Under the pieces are notes generated by a model, which saw only the letters and a list, made by a program, of their open reading frames with translations, was not told where the DNA came from and ran no database searches. Of a stretch of DNA of 64,000 bases, positions 16,657-26,713 are shown piece after piece. The stretch covers positions 6,693-70,692 of the forward strand of contig VSBZ01000004.1 in NCBI GenBank assembly GCA_047459215.1, in the 5' to 3' direction. A program made the translations under genes and the position numbers. Each line of letters starts with the position of its first letter. Within the stretch, counting starts at the first letter, position 1. The DNA is from Micromonosporaceae bacterium. GTDB lineage: Bacteria; Actinomycetota; Actinomycetes; Mycobacteriales; Micromonosporaceae.

Positions 16657-18606
16657 CTACGCGGGCTCGCGCTGCCGGGGCAGCCGCGACGCCGCGCGCT
16701 CCAGCAGCCACGGCAGCCGGTCCCGGCGCTGACGCGCCGGTCCCATGAGGGTCAGGGTCACGATCGCGTCGCCGCACCGTACCGCCGCCTGGTTGTCCCG
16801 CACGTACGCCGCCTCGCCGATCCCCGGCACCGCGGTGCCTCCGGCCGCGCGCCGCAGCGCCATCTCCCCGAGCCGGCCGGTCAGGAGACCGACGGCGAGC
16901 ACCGCCCGGCCGCCGTCGGCGGTGGCGAACGTGGCGCTCGCCGGCAGGCCCGGGAGGGCCATCCGGGCCGGCGGGCCGACGGTCACGCCCAGCGCCTCGC
17001 TGACCTCCTCGGCGGTGAGCACGGTGTCGGCGCGCGGCGGGTCCGTCGGCGACGGAGCGGTCCCCGCCGGGACGGTCCCCGACACCGGGGCTCCCAGTGT
17101 CGAGGCGAGCGAGTCGATGGCGCCCTGCAGCATGCCGCCGAAGCTCTCCGTGACCGACTGGGGCGCGGAGTCCACCTTCGGCGGCTCGGCGTCCGCGACG
17201 GGGCGGGCCGGTGTCACGACGGTGAGCTCCACCACCCGGCGCGTCCACGGTCGGACCCGGATCCGGACGACGTCGTGCGGCTCGGGGCGCCTGATCGGGC
17301 CCGCCGGCAGCCCCCAGGCGACGGTGCGGTCGGAGGTGCCGTCGTCGACGGCGAGGTAGTACAGCCAGGTCACCGTCCGACGGTGCCGGTCGCTGCCCCG
17401 GGTACGCGACCGCCAGCGCGCGACCCACAGCACCTCGCCGGTGATGGTGCGGACCGTCATGAGGTCCACCACCGTCCGCACCGCGAGGTAGGCGCCGTAG
17501 ACCAGCAGCACGGTGGCGACGGCCGACGCCAGCCACTCGAACGCGTTGCCGGCCTCCACCGGGTCGCGCGGGACCCGCCACGGCAGCTCGGCGCGCGGCA
17601 GCCCGAACACGTTCAGCAGGATGGCACCGACGACGATGGACGCCGCCGCGCGGACGAGCAGCTGCGGCGCGGACTGGCCGTACCGGGCCCAGAGCTTCGG
17701 GTAGCGGATCCGCACCCTCCGCCACCGTCCGCCGTACGCCGACCACACCCGCCGGCGGTCGGCCAGCCCGAAGTCGAGCACCTCGCTCGCGGTGCCCGTC
17801 ACCCCGAGGGCGGCGCCGTACGGCAGGTACCGGTCCCACACCGCCACCGCGGCCGGCGGGAGCTTCGCGAACTCCTCGTGGCCACGCAGCCAGGCGCGCA
17901 CCCCGAGCCAGCGTGCCGCCGCCTCCCGGCCGGCCGGTGTGTCCCGTTCACCCAGCGACCGGGCGGCGATCCCGACCAGCAGGAGGAAGACGAACGCCCC
18001 GACCCAGAAGCCGGCCGCCAGGTCGGTGTCCTCGCTGCGCAGCGCGGTCCGGAAGACCGCCAGGCCCACGCCGGCGGCGCTGATCGCGGCGATGGCGGTC
18101 AGGGTTCCCATCACCGAGGCGGAGGCCCGTCGCCGTGACAGCCCGCGGGCACGCGCGTCGGCGATGACCTCCTGCCGCAGGGCGTGCTGCCACCGCCTGG
18201 CCTGCCGCGGTTCGCGGAAGGTCAGCGCGGTCACCGGCACCATCCCGTCGACCGCGAGGGACTTCACCCGGTTGAGCACCCGCCGCTCGTACGGCGTCAG
18301 CTCGCCCTCGCCGTCGCGCTCGCGCAGGTGCACCGACGTCTCGCGAGGGTCGTTGCCGGGCTGGCGCAGCTCCAGCCAGCCGCGGGCGGCGAGGTCGAGC
18401 AGGGTCGCCTCGGCGGCGTCCTCGGTCAGCCGCCAGCGGTTGGCCAGCAGGTTCACCACCGCCGGCGGCTCCTCGCCCAGGTCCGGTGTGGCCGGTCCCG
18501 GCTCGACCCGCTCCGGCCGGGTGGAGACCAGGACCACCACGTACGCCACGATCCAGATGGACAGCGACGCGACCGCGATCGCGGTGTCGATCAGTGCGGG
18601 GCTCAT
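16657..18606 (-). CDS. DUF2207-like membrane protein (LemA-associated)
   Basis: 649 aa. The ATG at 18606 overlaps the LemA stop (ATGA). There are multiple TM segments and a long C-terminal extension. The pairing with an upstream LemA gene is the usual DUF2207 context. The family assignment is by context and topology, not a search. Confidence 0.75.
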   Translation of the reverse strand: MSPALIDTAIAVASLSIWIVAYVVVLVSTRPERVEPGPATPDLGEEPPAVVNLLANRWRLTEDAAEATLLDLAARGWLELRQPGNDPRETSVHLRERDGEGELTPYERRVLNRVKSLAVDGMVPVTALTFREPRQARRWQHALRQEVIADARARGLSRRRASASVMGTLTAIAAISAAGVGLAVFRTALRSEDTDLAAGFWVGAFVFLLLVGIAARSLGERDTPAGREAAARWLGVRAWLRGHEEFAKLPPAAVAVWDRYLPYGAALGVTGTASEVLDFGLADRRRVWSAYGGRWRRVRIRYPKLWARYGQSAPQLLVRAAASIVVGAILLNVFGLPRAELPWRVPRDPVEAGNAFEWLASAVATVLLVYGAYLAVRTVVDLMTVRTITGEVLWVARWRSRTRGSDRHRRTVTWLYYLAVDDGTSDRTVAWGLPAGPIRRPEPHDVVRIRVRPWTRRVVELTVVTPARPVADAEPPKVDSAPQSVTESFGGMLQGAIDSLASTLGAPVSGTVPAGTAPSPTDPPRADTVLTAEEVSEALGVTVGPPARMALPGLPASATFATADGGRAVLAVGLLTGRLGEMALRRAAGGTAVPGIGEAAYVRDNQAAVRCGDAIVTLTLMGPARQRRDRLPWLLERAASRLPRQREPA

Positions 18607-19169
18607 GCGGAGAACCTCACCTGGACGGGGCCGCGCTCCTCGCTCTCAATCTCGAAGTAGGCAGGCGGCCGGAAACCGAACAACCGCGCGACCAGATTGG
18701 TGGGTACCGAGTGGACGGTGTTGCTGAGGGTCTGCACGGCGCTGTTGTAGAACTGGCGCGCGTACGCGATCTTGTCCTCCGTCCTCGCCAGCTCCTCCTG
18801 CAGCTGCGCGAAGTTGCGGTCGGCCTTGAGGTCCGGATAGGCCTCGCGGAGCGCGAACAGCCGGCCCAGCGCCCGCGTGAGCTGGTTCTCGGCGCCGGCC
18901 CGGTCGGCGACCTCGGCACCGGCGTCGGCCGCCCGGGCCCGCGCGGTGACGACCGCCTCGAGGGTCTCGCGTTCGTGCGCGGCGTACGCCCGGACGGTCT
19001 CGACGATGCTGGGCACGAGGTCGTGGCGGCGCTTGAGCTGGACGTCGATCTGCGCCCACGAGGCGCGCACCTGGTTGCGCTGCCGGACCAGCCGGTTGTA
19101 GGCGAGGGCCACCCACACCAGCAGCGCGCAGGCGAGCACGGCGGGGATGAGAAGGGTCAGGGATGGCAC
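18603..19169 (-). CDS. LemA family protein
   Basis: 188 aa. N-terminal TM segment, then YNRLVRQRNQVRASWAQIDVQLKRRHDLVP...FYNSAV, the classic LemA sequence. Confidence 0.92.
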   Translation of the reverse strand: MPSLTLLIPAVLACALLVWVALAYNRLVRQRNQVRASWAQIDVQLKRRHDLVPSIVETVRAYAAHERETLEAVVTARARAADAGAEVADRAGAENQLTRALGRLFALREAYPDLKADRNFAQLQEELARTEDKIAYARQFYNSAVQTLSNTVHSVPTNLVARLFGFRPPAYFEIESEERGPVQVRFSA

Positions 19170-19398
19170 CGTTGCCTCCGGAGGGAGAGGAGTATGGGTA
19201 GATCATCGGGGAAACCGGCGATCCCCGAGGGTGCGTTGTCCATGATCTGACACAGCGGCCCCGGACCACCGCGTCCCCACTCCCCGCCCCATGGCGAGGG
19301 CGTCGCGATCGCGTCCGGGAGGGGCGACCTCGGGTCGGTTCCGTCACGACCCGTGCTCGTCCGCGCACCGTGCGCGCCGTTGCCCCGGTCCCGGGTGG

Positions 19399-20139
19399 TC
19401 AGGAACGCCGGAGGACCGCGATGAGCCGTGGGCTGTCCGGTCCGTGGGGCGTGCCGTCCCATGTCGACCAGAGGTGGACGGGCACCAGGCCGGCCGAGGC
19501 GGCCATGCTCAGCAGCTCCTCCCGGGTCACGTAGCGCAGGTAGACGTCCCGCGGAGACGGGCGGAACGGCGCGGGCAGGTGGAACCGGTGACGGACCCGC
19601 TGCGTGACCTCGTCGAACACGGTGGTCCGGCGGATGACGTGCCCCCGCACCGTGAAGGTGCGCGGCTCACGCCAGCGGGTGGGGTCGACCATCGTCATCT
19701 CGACGACGACGACTCCTCCGGGGGCGAGACTCGCCGCCGCGTTGACCAGGAACTCCTTCTGTTCCCGGGCGGTGCCGAGGACCCAGAGCGAGTTGGCCAG
19801 GATGGCGACGACGGCGTAGCCGCTGCCGCTGACCTCGGGCAGCACCTCCACCCGGCACCGGACCCGGCCGGCCGGATCCTTCTCCCGCAACCTCGCCAGC
19901 ATTTTGGCCGACGCGTCGGTCGCCGTGACGTCAACCCCGGCGGCAGCCAGCGGGATCGCCACGCGGCCGGTGCCCGCGGCCACGTCCAGCACCGGTCCGC
20001 CGCCGGCCAGGCGAGCCAGCGCATCGACCACGGTGCTGACGGGCTCCGGGTCGTCCAGAGCGAGCTCGTCGTAGTCGTGCGCCCATTCCTCACCGTACGT
20101 TTCCGGAGCGGGCCAGTCGTGTGGTACCCAGCGTTCCAT
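19399..20139 (-). CDS. Class I SAM-dependent methyltransferase
   Basis: ATG 20139 preceded by GGGAGGGA. SAM-binding motif I VLDVAAGTGRVAIPLA and acidic loop DVTATDAS. Confidence 0.85.
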   Translation of the reverse strand: MERWVPHDWPAPETYGEEWAHDYDELALDDPEPVSTVVDALARLAGGGPVLDVAAGTGRVAIPLAAAGVDVTATDASAKMLARLREKDPAGRVRCRVEVLPEVSGSGYAVVAILANSLWVLGTAREQKEFLVNAAASLAPGGVVVVEMTMVDPTRWREPRTFTVRGHVIRRTTVFDEVTQRVRHRFHLPAPFRPSPRDVYLRYVTREELLSMAASAGLVPVHLWSTWDGTPHGPDSPRLIAVLRRS

Positions 20140-20458
20140 GTCCCTCCCGTGCCGTCCGTCGCGAACCCGGTGGCGTACGCCGGCGCAACCGACGAGCTTC
20201 AGCCTACAGACGACAGTGGCATGCGGACCCTTCACTCGTCGCCCGGCCGGGCGGTGGCGGTGTTCGCGCCGCGCACCTCATCGGACGGCGGCGTCCGCAC
20301 CGGACTCACGCGCGCCCGCGGACGAGGGGGAGAAAGACCTCGTCGACGATCTCCACCAGCACCTCGTCCGGAACCGAGGGGACGCCGCGCATCGCGTACT
20401 CGGCGCGCAGCAGGTTGATCGGTGTGGTCGCCACGCGCCCGCGGGCAGACCGGAGCCG

Positions 20459-20737
20459 GTGACGTACGACGAGCACGGTCGCGCCGTGGCGCTCACTCCG
20501 GGTCTGGAGCGCGACGAGGAGGGCCAGGCCCGGTACCTTGTGGACCTGCTGCGCGACTACGACGCCGGTGGGGTGGAGGCGGCGTTCGTGTACACGTTCG
20601 CCAACCGGCACCTGCCCACCACCGACGACCCGGAGCGCGACTTCGACCTGGCCTCGCGCGGCATCGTGCGGGTGTGGCCCGACGGCTCGTGGACGCCCAA
20701 GGCGGCCTTCCACGCCCTGGCCGAGTACGGCCGCACC
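20459..20737 (+). pseudogene. Orphan C-terminal gene fragment (resembles the C-terminus of TIM-barrel glycosidase-like actinobacterial proteins; uncertain)
   Basis: Within ORF 20138..20872, only residues about 108-200 look protein-like (VTYDEHGRAVALTPGLERDEEGQARYLVDLLRDYDAGGVEAAFVYTFANRHLP...WTPKAAFHALAEY). No matching N-terminal domain lies upstream, and the fragment abuts an opposite-strand fragment at 20306-20437. Confidence 0.3.
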
Positions 20738-20864
20738 CGCGCCCGCCGGCGTGCGGGGTCGTCGCGCGCGACCCGAACCTCCCGGGTCGGCCCCGTTGAC
20801 CGCCTCGGGGCGTCACCATGGGCAGGGATGCCGGCGGCCGCCCGGCGTCCGACCGGAGGGACGC

Positions 20865-21770
20865 ATGGCTGACTACGGGCACGACCTGGTCTTCGGCGCC
20901 TTCATCACCCCGAGCGCACAGCGGCCCGATCAGGTGGTCGCGCTCGCGCAACTGGCGGAGCGGTCGGGCCTGGATCTGGTCACGTTCCAGGACCATCCCT
21001 ACCAGCCGGCGTTCCTCGACACGTGGACCCTGCTGTCGTACGTGGCCGCGGCCACCGACCGGATCCGATTGAGCGCCAACGTGCTCAACCTGCCGCTGCG
21101 CTCGCCGGTCGTGATCGCCCGCAGCGCCGCGAGCCTCGACCTGCTCAGCGGCGGCCGGGTGGAGCTGGGGATCGGGGCGGGCGGCTTCTGGGACGCGATC
21201 GAGGCCAACGGCGGCCGCCGGCTCGCACCGGGTGCCGCCGTCGAGGCGCTAGCTGAGGCGATCCAGATCATCCGGGAGGTGTGGGCCGTCGACCGGCGCG
21301 GCGGGGTACGCGTCGAGGGGCGCCACTACCGGGTGGCCGGCGCCAAGCGCGGACCCGCCCCGGCGCACGACATCGGGATCTGGGTCGGGGCGTACCGGCC
21401 GCGCATGCTCCGGTTGATCGGCCGCCTCGCCGACGGGTGGCTGCCCAGCCTGCCGTACCTGTCCGGCGGCCCGGCCGAGCTCGCCGAGATGAACGCGCAC
21501 ATCGACGCGGCCGCCGCCGCGGCCGGCCGTGACCCGCGCGCGATCCGGCGCCTGCTCAACGTCGCCGCGCCGGATCCGCTCACCGGTTCACCGCACCAGT
21601 GGGCGCATCAACTGGCGGACATCGCCCTTCAGTACGGGATCTCCGGGCTCATCTACATGCGCGACGACCCGCGGGCGCTGGAGTGGTTCGCCCGGGAGGT
21701 GGCCCCCGCCGTGCGGGAGCTCGTGGCGGCCGGGCGGGAGCGGCGTTCGCCGGCGTCGCCGCAGGCATGA
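20865..21770 (+). CDS. LLM class flavin/F420-dependent oxidoreductase
   Basis: ATG 20865 preceded by GGAGGG. Luciferase-like monooxygenase blocks are present (DLVTFQDHPY, LSANVLNLPLRSP, GRVELGIGAG, IWVGAYRPRMLRLIGRLADGW). Confidence 0.85.
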   Translation: MADYGHDLVFGAFITPSAQRPDQVVALAQLAERSGLDLVTFQDHPYQPAFLDTWTLLSYVAAATDRIRLSANVLNLPLRSPVVIARSAASLDLLSGGRVELGIGAGGFWDAIEANGGRRLAPGAAVEALAEAIQIIREVWAVDRRGGVRVEGRHYRVAGAKRGPAPAHDIGIWVGAYRPRMLRLIGRLADGWLPSLPYLSGGPAELAEMNAHIDAAAAAAGRDPRAIRRLLNVAAPDPLTGSPHQWAHQLADIALQYGISGLIYMRDDPRALEWFAREVAPAVRELVAAGRERRSPASPQA

Positions 21771-22015
21771 GGGTCGGCCGGCGCCCCGAGCGTGAAGGGT
21801 GGTGGCCACCGGTGCGTGGCTGGGGTGGGTCACGCCGTAGACGGACCGGCCCCGTGACGCGCACCCCGCGCCCCTGTCCTGGTCCTCGGCGGCACCCCGG
21901 ACGGCACGCGCCCGTCCGCCACCCCCGAGGTGTGCCGGCGGCCAACCGGTTCACCCCGGGCCGGAGCAGCGGACCCGTTCCTCGTCACCCCCGGCGGAGC
22001 CCCGACCGTCCGGGC

Positions 22016-22038
22016 CGGCGGGCGCTGACCGCCCGCCG
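22016..22038 (-). terminator. Terminator-like hairpin downstream of aceA
   Basis: 9-bp GC stem, CGGCGGGCG pairing with CGCCCGCCG, and a 5-nt loop. It lies 20 nt downstream of the stop at 22059. Confidence 0.4.
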
Positions 22039-22058
22039 ACCCGGACGACCGGTGCGGC

Positions 22059-23384
22059 TCAGCCGCCGTGGTCGGTGAACTGGGCCTGCTCGGTGGAGCC
22101 GGCGAGCGCCACGGTGGACGCACCGGGCGTGACGGCGGTGGCGACCAGGTCGTACCAGCCGGTGCCGACCTCCCGCTGGTGCCGGGTGGCGGTGTAGCCG
22201 GACGCCTCGGCGGCGAACTCCGCCTCCTGCAGCGCCACGTACGCGGTCATGCCGGTCCGCGCGTACCCCTGGGCCAGGGTGAACATGCCGTGGTTGAGGG
22301 AGTGGAACCCGGCCAGGGTGATGAACTGGAACGCGTACCCCATCTGCCCGAGCTCCTTCTGGAACGAGGCGATGGTGTCGTCGTCCAGGTGCCGGCGCCA
22401 GTTGAACGACGGCGAGCAGTTGTAGGCCAGCAGCTTGTCGGGGTACTGCGCCTTGATCGCCTCGGCGAACGCCCGGGCCGTGCCCAGGTCCGGGGTGGAC
22501 GTCTCCATCCACAGCAGGTCCGCGTACGGGGCGTACGCCAGGCCGCGGGCGATGCACGCCTGAAGGCCGTTGCGCACCCGGTAGAACCCCTCGGCGGTCC
22601 GCTCGCCGGTCAGGAACGGGCGGTCCCGCTCGTCCACGTCACTGGTGATGAGCGTGGCCGACTCGGCGTCGGTGCGGGCGATGAGCACGGTGGGCACCCC
22701 GGCGACGTCGGCGGCCAGCCGCGCGGCGGTCAGGGTGCGGATGTGGGCGCCGGTCGGCACGAGCACCTTGCCGCCCAGGTGGCCGCACTTCTTCTCCGAG
22801 GCGAGCTGGTCCTCGAAGTGCACCCCGGCGGCGCCGGCGGCGATCATCGCGGTCATGAGCTCGAACGCGTTGAGCGGCCCACCGAAGCCGGCCTCGGCGT
22901 CGGCGACGATCGGGGCGAGCCAGTGGGTCTCCTCCCGACCGTCGCCGGATGCGGCGGCGTCGAACCGCTCCGCCCAGGTGATCCGGTCGGCCCGCAGCAG
23001 GGCGTTGTTGATGCGGCGCACCAGCTGCGGCACCGAGTTGACGGGGTAGAGGCTCTGGTCGGGGTAGGTGTGGCCGGCGGTGTTGGCGTCCGCGGCCACC
23101 TGCCAGCCGGACACGTAGATCGCCTTGAGACCGGCGCGGACCTGCTGCACCGCCTGGCCGCCGGTCAGGGCGCCGAGCGCCGGCACGTAGTCCTCCTCGT
23201 GCAGCAGCCGCCACAGCCGCTGCGCGCCGAGGCGCGCCAGCGTGTGGTCCTCCCGCACGCTGCCGCGCAGCCGCACCACGTCGGCGGCGGAGTAGTCGCG
23301 GGTGACCCCGGCCCAGCGAGGGTCGGTACGCCACTCCTCCTCCAGGGCCGCGATCTCGTCCGCGACCCTCGTGTGCGTCGTCAT
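22059..23384 (-). CDS. aceA: Isocitrate lyase
   Basis: ATG 23384 preceded by GGAGGTG. ICL hallmark [14 protein letters not shown] plus family-wide conservation ([24 protein letters not shown]). Confidence 0.97.
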   Translation of the reverse strand: MTTHTRVADEIAALEEEWRTDPRWAGVTRDYSAADVVRLRGSVREDHTLARLGAQRLWRLLHEEDYVPALGALTGGQAVQQVRAGLKAIYVSGWQVAADANTAGHTYPDQSLYPVNSVPQLVRRINNALLRADRITWAERFDAAASGDGREETHWLAPIVADAEAGFGGPLNAFELMTAMIAAGAAGVHFEDQLASEKKCGHLGGKVLVPTGAHIRTLTAARLAADVAGVPTVLIARTDAESATLITSDVDERDRPFLTGERTAEGFYRVRNGLQACIARGLAYAPYADLLWMETSTPDLGTARAFAEAIKAQYPDKLLAYNCSPSFNWRRHLDDDTIASFQKELGQMGYAFQFITLAGFHSLNHGMFTLAQGYARTGMTAYVALQEAEFAAEASGYTATRHQREVGTGWYDLVATAVTPGASTVALAGSTEQAQFTDHGG

Positions 23385-23474
23385 GGTGGACACCTCCCGC
23401 GGTGAGAAACGTTCCCGCATGTTCGCGTTGCCAGAAGCTTCCACCGCGACTACTTCGCATTCCGGACCTCTGTT

Positions 23475-23488
23475 GCGAGAACTCTCGC
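23475..23488. promoter_or_regulatory. Palindrome GCGAGAACTCTCGC in the aceA / ramB divergent region (candidate operator)
   Basis: Perfect 6-2-6 dyad at 23475-23488. TAGAGT (23500-23505) lies 6 nt before the ramB ATG at 23512, which is consistent with a -10 box for a leaderless transcript. Confidence 0.35.
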
Positions 23489-23511
23489 GAAATTTCCGTT
23501 AGAGTGAACGC

Positions 23512-24969
23512 ATGCCCCCCATGGACGAGATCGCCCTGGCGACGTTCGGCCAGCGGCTGCGCCACTACCGTCAGGCCCGCGGGCTCACCCTGGCGGAGCT
23601 GGGCCGGAGGGTGGGCCGGGCGCCGTCGGCACTGTCCGCGTTGGAGAACGGCCGGCGGGAGCCCAAGCTGTCACTGCTGCGGGCGCTAGCCGACGCGCTC
23701 GGCGTCACCACTGAGGACCTGCTCGACCGGGAGCCCCCCAACCGCCGCGCCCGGCTGGAGATCGCGATCGCGAAGGCGGCGCGCGACCCGGCCGTGGCGC
23801 GCCTCGGCCTGCCCCCGTTGCGGATCTCCCGCCGGGTCGGCACCGACGTGCTGGAGCACATCGTCGCGCTGTACGCCGAGCTGCGACGGCGCGACGCGAT
23901 GCGCGTCGCCACCCCGGAGGAGGCACGCCAGGCCAACACCGAGCTGCGCCGGATGATGCGGGAGCGCGGCAACTACTTCCCCGAGATCGAGAAGGCCGCC
24001 GCGGAGACCGCCGACGCGGTCGGCCACACCGGGGGAGCGCTGTCCCAGGCGATGCTGCGCAGCGTCCTGGCCACCCACGGCTTCCAGGTGCACTACGCCG
24101 AGGACCTGCCGTGGTCGGTACGCTCCATCGCCGACCTGCGCTCCCGGCGCATCTACGTGCGGCGCCAGGCCATGGGCATGCACACCGCCGCCACCATCGT
24201 GCTGCAGACGCTCGGCCACGTCGTCCTGGGCCACGCCCGCCCCCGCAACTACTACGACTTCCTGCGCCAGCGGGTGGAGGCCAACTACTTCGCCGCGGCC
24301 GTCCTGATCCCCGAACGGGCAGCGGTGGAGACGCTCCGGGAGGCCAAGCGCAACCGCGACATCGCCGTGGAGGACCTGCGCGACCTGTTCTCCGTCTCCT
24401 ACGAGATGGCCTGCCACCGGTTCACCAACCTGGTGACCGAGCACCTGGGGATCACCTGCCACTTCGTGCGCAACGACGAGCGGGGCATCATCTACAAGGC
24501 GTACGAGAACGACGGTCTGGTGTTCCCCTCCGACCCGCTGGGCGCCATCGAGGGGCAGCGGATGTGCCGCAACTGGGCCGGCCGGCGGGTGTTCGCCGCC
24601 CCCGACCGGTACTCGGTCTACTACCAGTACACCGACACCCCGTCGGGCACGCACTTCTGCGTCGCCCACGTCGACCCCGGACGGGAGCGCGACGTGGCCA
24701 TCACGCTCGGCGTCCCGTACGTGCACTCACAGTGGTTCCGCGGGCAGGAGACCGCCAACCGGGCGACGTCGCGCTGCCCCGACCCCACGTGCTGCCAGCT
24801 GCCCCCACCCGACCTCGCGCGGACCTGGCGGGACGTCGCCTGGCCGTCGGCCCGCGCGCCGTCGCACGTGCTGGCCACCCTCCCGCCGGGCAGCTTCCCC
24901 GGGGTCGACGAGACCGAGGTGTACGCGTTCCTGGAACGCCACTCGCGCACCTCCGACCAGGGCGGCTAG
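23512..24969 (+). CDS. ramB: XRE-family HTH regulator with ImmA/IrrE-like and DUF2083-like domains (RamB / short-chain fatty acyl-CoA regulator type)
   Basis: 485 aa. N-terminal HTH ([40 protein letters not shown]) and a long C-terminal domain. The divergent position next to isocitrate lyase matches RamB of Corynebacterium and Mycobacterium (Rv0465c beside icl1). Confidence 0.8.
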   Translation: MPPMDEIALATFGQRLRHYRQARGLTLAELGRRVGRAPSALSALENGRREPKLSLLRALADALGVTTEDLLDREPPNRRARLEIAIAKAARDPAVARLGLPPLRISRRVGTDVLEHIVALYAELRRRDAMRVATPEEARQANTELRRMMRERGNYFPEIEKAAAETADAVGHTGGALSQAMLRSVLATHGFQVHYAEDLPWSVRSIADLRSRRIYVRRQAMGMHTAATIVLQTLGHVVLGHARPRNYYDFLRQRVEANYFAAAVLIPERAAVETLREAKRNRDIAVEDLRDLFSVSYEMACHRFTNLVTEHLGITCHFVRNDERGIIYKAYENDGLVFPSDPLGAIEGQRMCRNWAGRRVFAAPDRYSVYYQYTDTPSGTHFCVAHVDPGRERDVAITLGVPYVHSQWFRGQETANRATSRCPDPTCCQLPPPDLARTWRDVAWPSARAPSHVLATLPPGSFPGVDETEVYAFLERHSRTSDQGG

Positions 24970-25007
24970 GCTCACAGCCTGCGAAGGGACGACGAGGGGA
25001 GTGTGCC

Positions 25008-26612
25008 GTGCAGCTGCCGGACGGTGTCGAGCTACGGGGACCGGTCCACGAGCGGTACGAGGAGGTCCTGACTCCGGCGGCGCTGGAGTTCCTCGCCGCG
25101 TTGCACCGCGAGTTCGGCGCGCGGCGCAACGAGCTGCTCGCCGCCCGGCGGGAGCGACAGTCGTACCTCGACGGTGGCGGCACGCTGGACTTCCTGCCCG
25201 AGACCGCCGCCGTGCGCGAGGACCCGACCTGGCGGGTGGCCGACCCGGCGCCCGGCCTGCGCGACCGCAGGGTCGAGATCACCGGTCCCACCGACCGGAA
25301 GATGACCATCAACGCCCTCAACAGCGGCGCGAAGGTGTGGCTGGCCGACTTCGAGGACGCCAACACCCCGCTGTGGGAGAACCTGGTCGGCGGTCAGCTC
25401 AACCTCATCGACGCGATCGACCGGCGGATCGACTTCACCGACCCGTCCGGCAAGCGGTACGCGCTGAAGCCCGACTCCGAGCTGGCCACCATCGTCGTGC
25501 GGCCGCGCGGCTGGCACCTGGACGAGAAGCACCTGCTGGTCGACGGCGAGCGGATCGCCGGCGGGCTGTTCGACTTCGGCCTGTACTTCTTCCACTGCGC
25601 CCGCCGCCAGCTCGACAAGGGCTCCGGCCCGTACTTCTACCTGCCCAAGCTGCAGGACCACCGCGAGGCGCGGCTGTGGAACGACGTGTTCGTGTTCGCC
25701 CAGGAGCGGCTGGGCATCCCCCGCGGCACCATCCGCGCCACGGTGCTCATCGAGACCATCCACGCGGCCTTCCAGATGGAGGAGATCCTCTACGAGCTGC
25801 GTGAGCACTCCGCGGGGCTGAACGCCGGCCGGTGGGACTACCTGTTCAGCATCATCAAGACCTTCCGGACCCGCGGGCGCGACTTCGTGCTGCCGGAGCG
25901 GAACTCGGTGACCATGACCGCGCCGTTCATGCGCGCCTACACCGAGCTGCTCGTGCGCACCTGCCACAAGCGCGGGGCGCACGCGATCGGTGGGATGGCC
26001 GCGTTCATCCCCAACCGCCGCGACCCGGAGGTCAACGCCCGCGCCCTGGAGCGGGTGCGCGCCGACAAGCAGCGGGAGGCCGGCGACGGCTTCGATGGCT
26101 CCTGGGTGGCCCACCCGGACCTGGTGCCGGTGTGCCGGGAGGTGTTCGACTCGGTGCTGGGCGAGCGGCCCGACCAGCGGGACCGGCTGCGGGAGGACGT
26201 CAGCGTGACCGCCGCCCAGCTGCTCGACGTCGCCTCCACACCCGGGGCGATCACCGAGGCGGGGTTGCGCAACAACGTCAGCGTCGGCCTGCAGTACCTG
26301 GCGTCGTGGCTGAAGGGCACCGGCGCGGTGGCGATCTTCAACCTGATGGAGGACGCCGCGACCGCCGAGATCGCCCGCTCGCAGGTCTGGCAGTGGGTGC
26401 ACAACCGGGTCGCCCTGGCCGAGGGGCCGACGGTCACCCGGGAACTTGTCGACCGCGTGATCGAGGAGGAGCTGGCGGCGATCCGCAAGGCGGCGGGGGA
26501 GGCGTTCGACGCGGCGGCGTACGAGCGGGCGAGGGAGCTGTTCCGGCAGGTCGCGCTCGCCGACGACTACGTCGAGTTCCTCACCCTGCCGGCGTACGAG
26601 CAGATGCCCTGA
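25008..26612 (+). CDS. aceB: Malate synthase A
   Basis: GTG 25008 preceded by GAGGGGAG. 534 aa with AceB blocks ([65 protein letters not shown]). Confidence 0.95.
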   Translation: MQLPDGVELRGPVHERYEEVLTPAALEFLAALHREFGARRNELLAARRERQSYLDGGGTLDFLPETAAVREDPTWRVADPAPGLRDRRVEITGPTDRKMTINALNSGAKVWLADFEDANTPLWENLVGGQLNLIDAIDRRIDFTDPSGKRYALKPDSELATIVVRPRGWHLDEKHLLVDGERIAGGLFDFGLYFFHCARRQLDKGSGPYFYLPKLQDHREARLWNDVFVFAQERLGIPRGTIRATVLIETIHAAFQMEEILYELREHSAGLNAGRWDYLFSIIKTFRTRGRDFVLPERNSVTMTAPFMRAYTELLVRTCHKRGAHAIGGMAAFIPNRRDPEVNARALERVRADKQREAGDGFDGSWVAHPDLVPVCREVFDSVLGERPDQRDRLREDVSVTAAQLLDVASTPGAITEAGLRNNVSVGLQYLASWLKGTGAVAIFNLMEDAATAEIARSQVWQWVHNRVALAEGPTVTRELVDRVIEEELAAIRKAAGEAFDAAAYERARELFRQVALADDYVEFLTLPAYEQMP

Positions 26613-26713
26613 CCCGCCGGGCGAGGTGGCCGGCGGGGACCGGGACGGACGGCGCAGGGGGACGGGACCGACGACCCTGCCCGACCGTCGTGGCGCACCC
26701 GACGATCAGGCAC

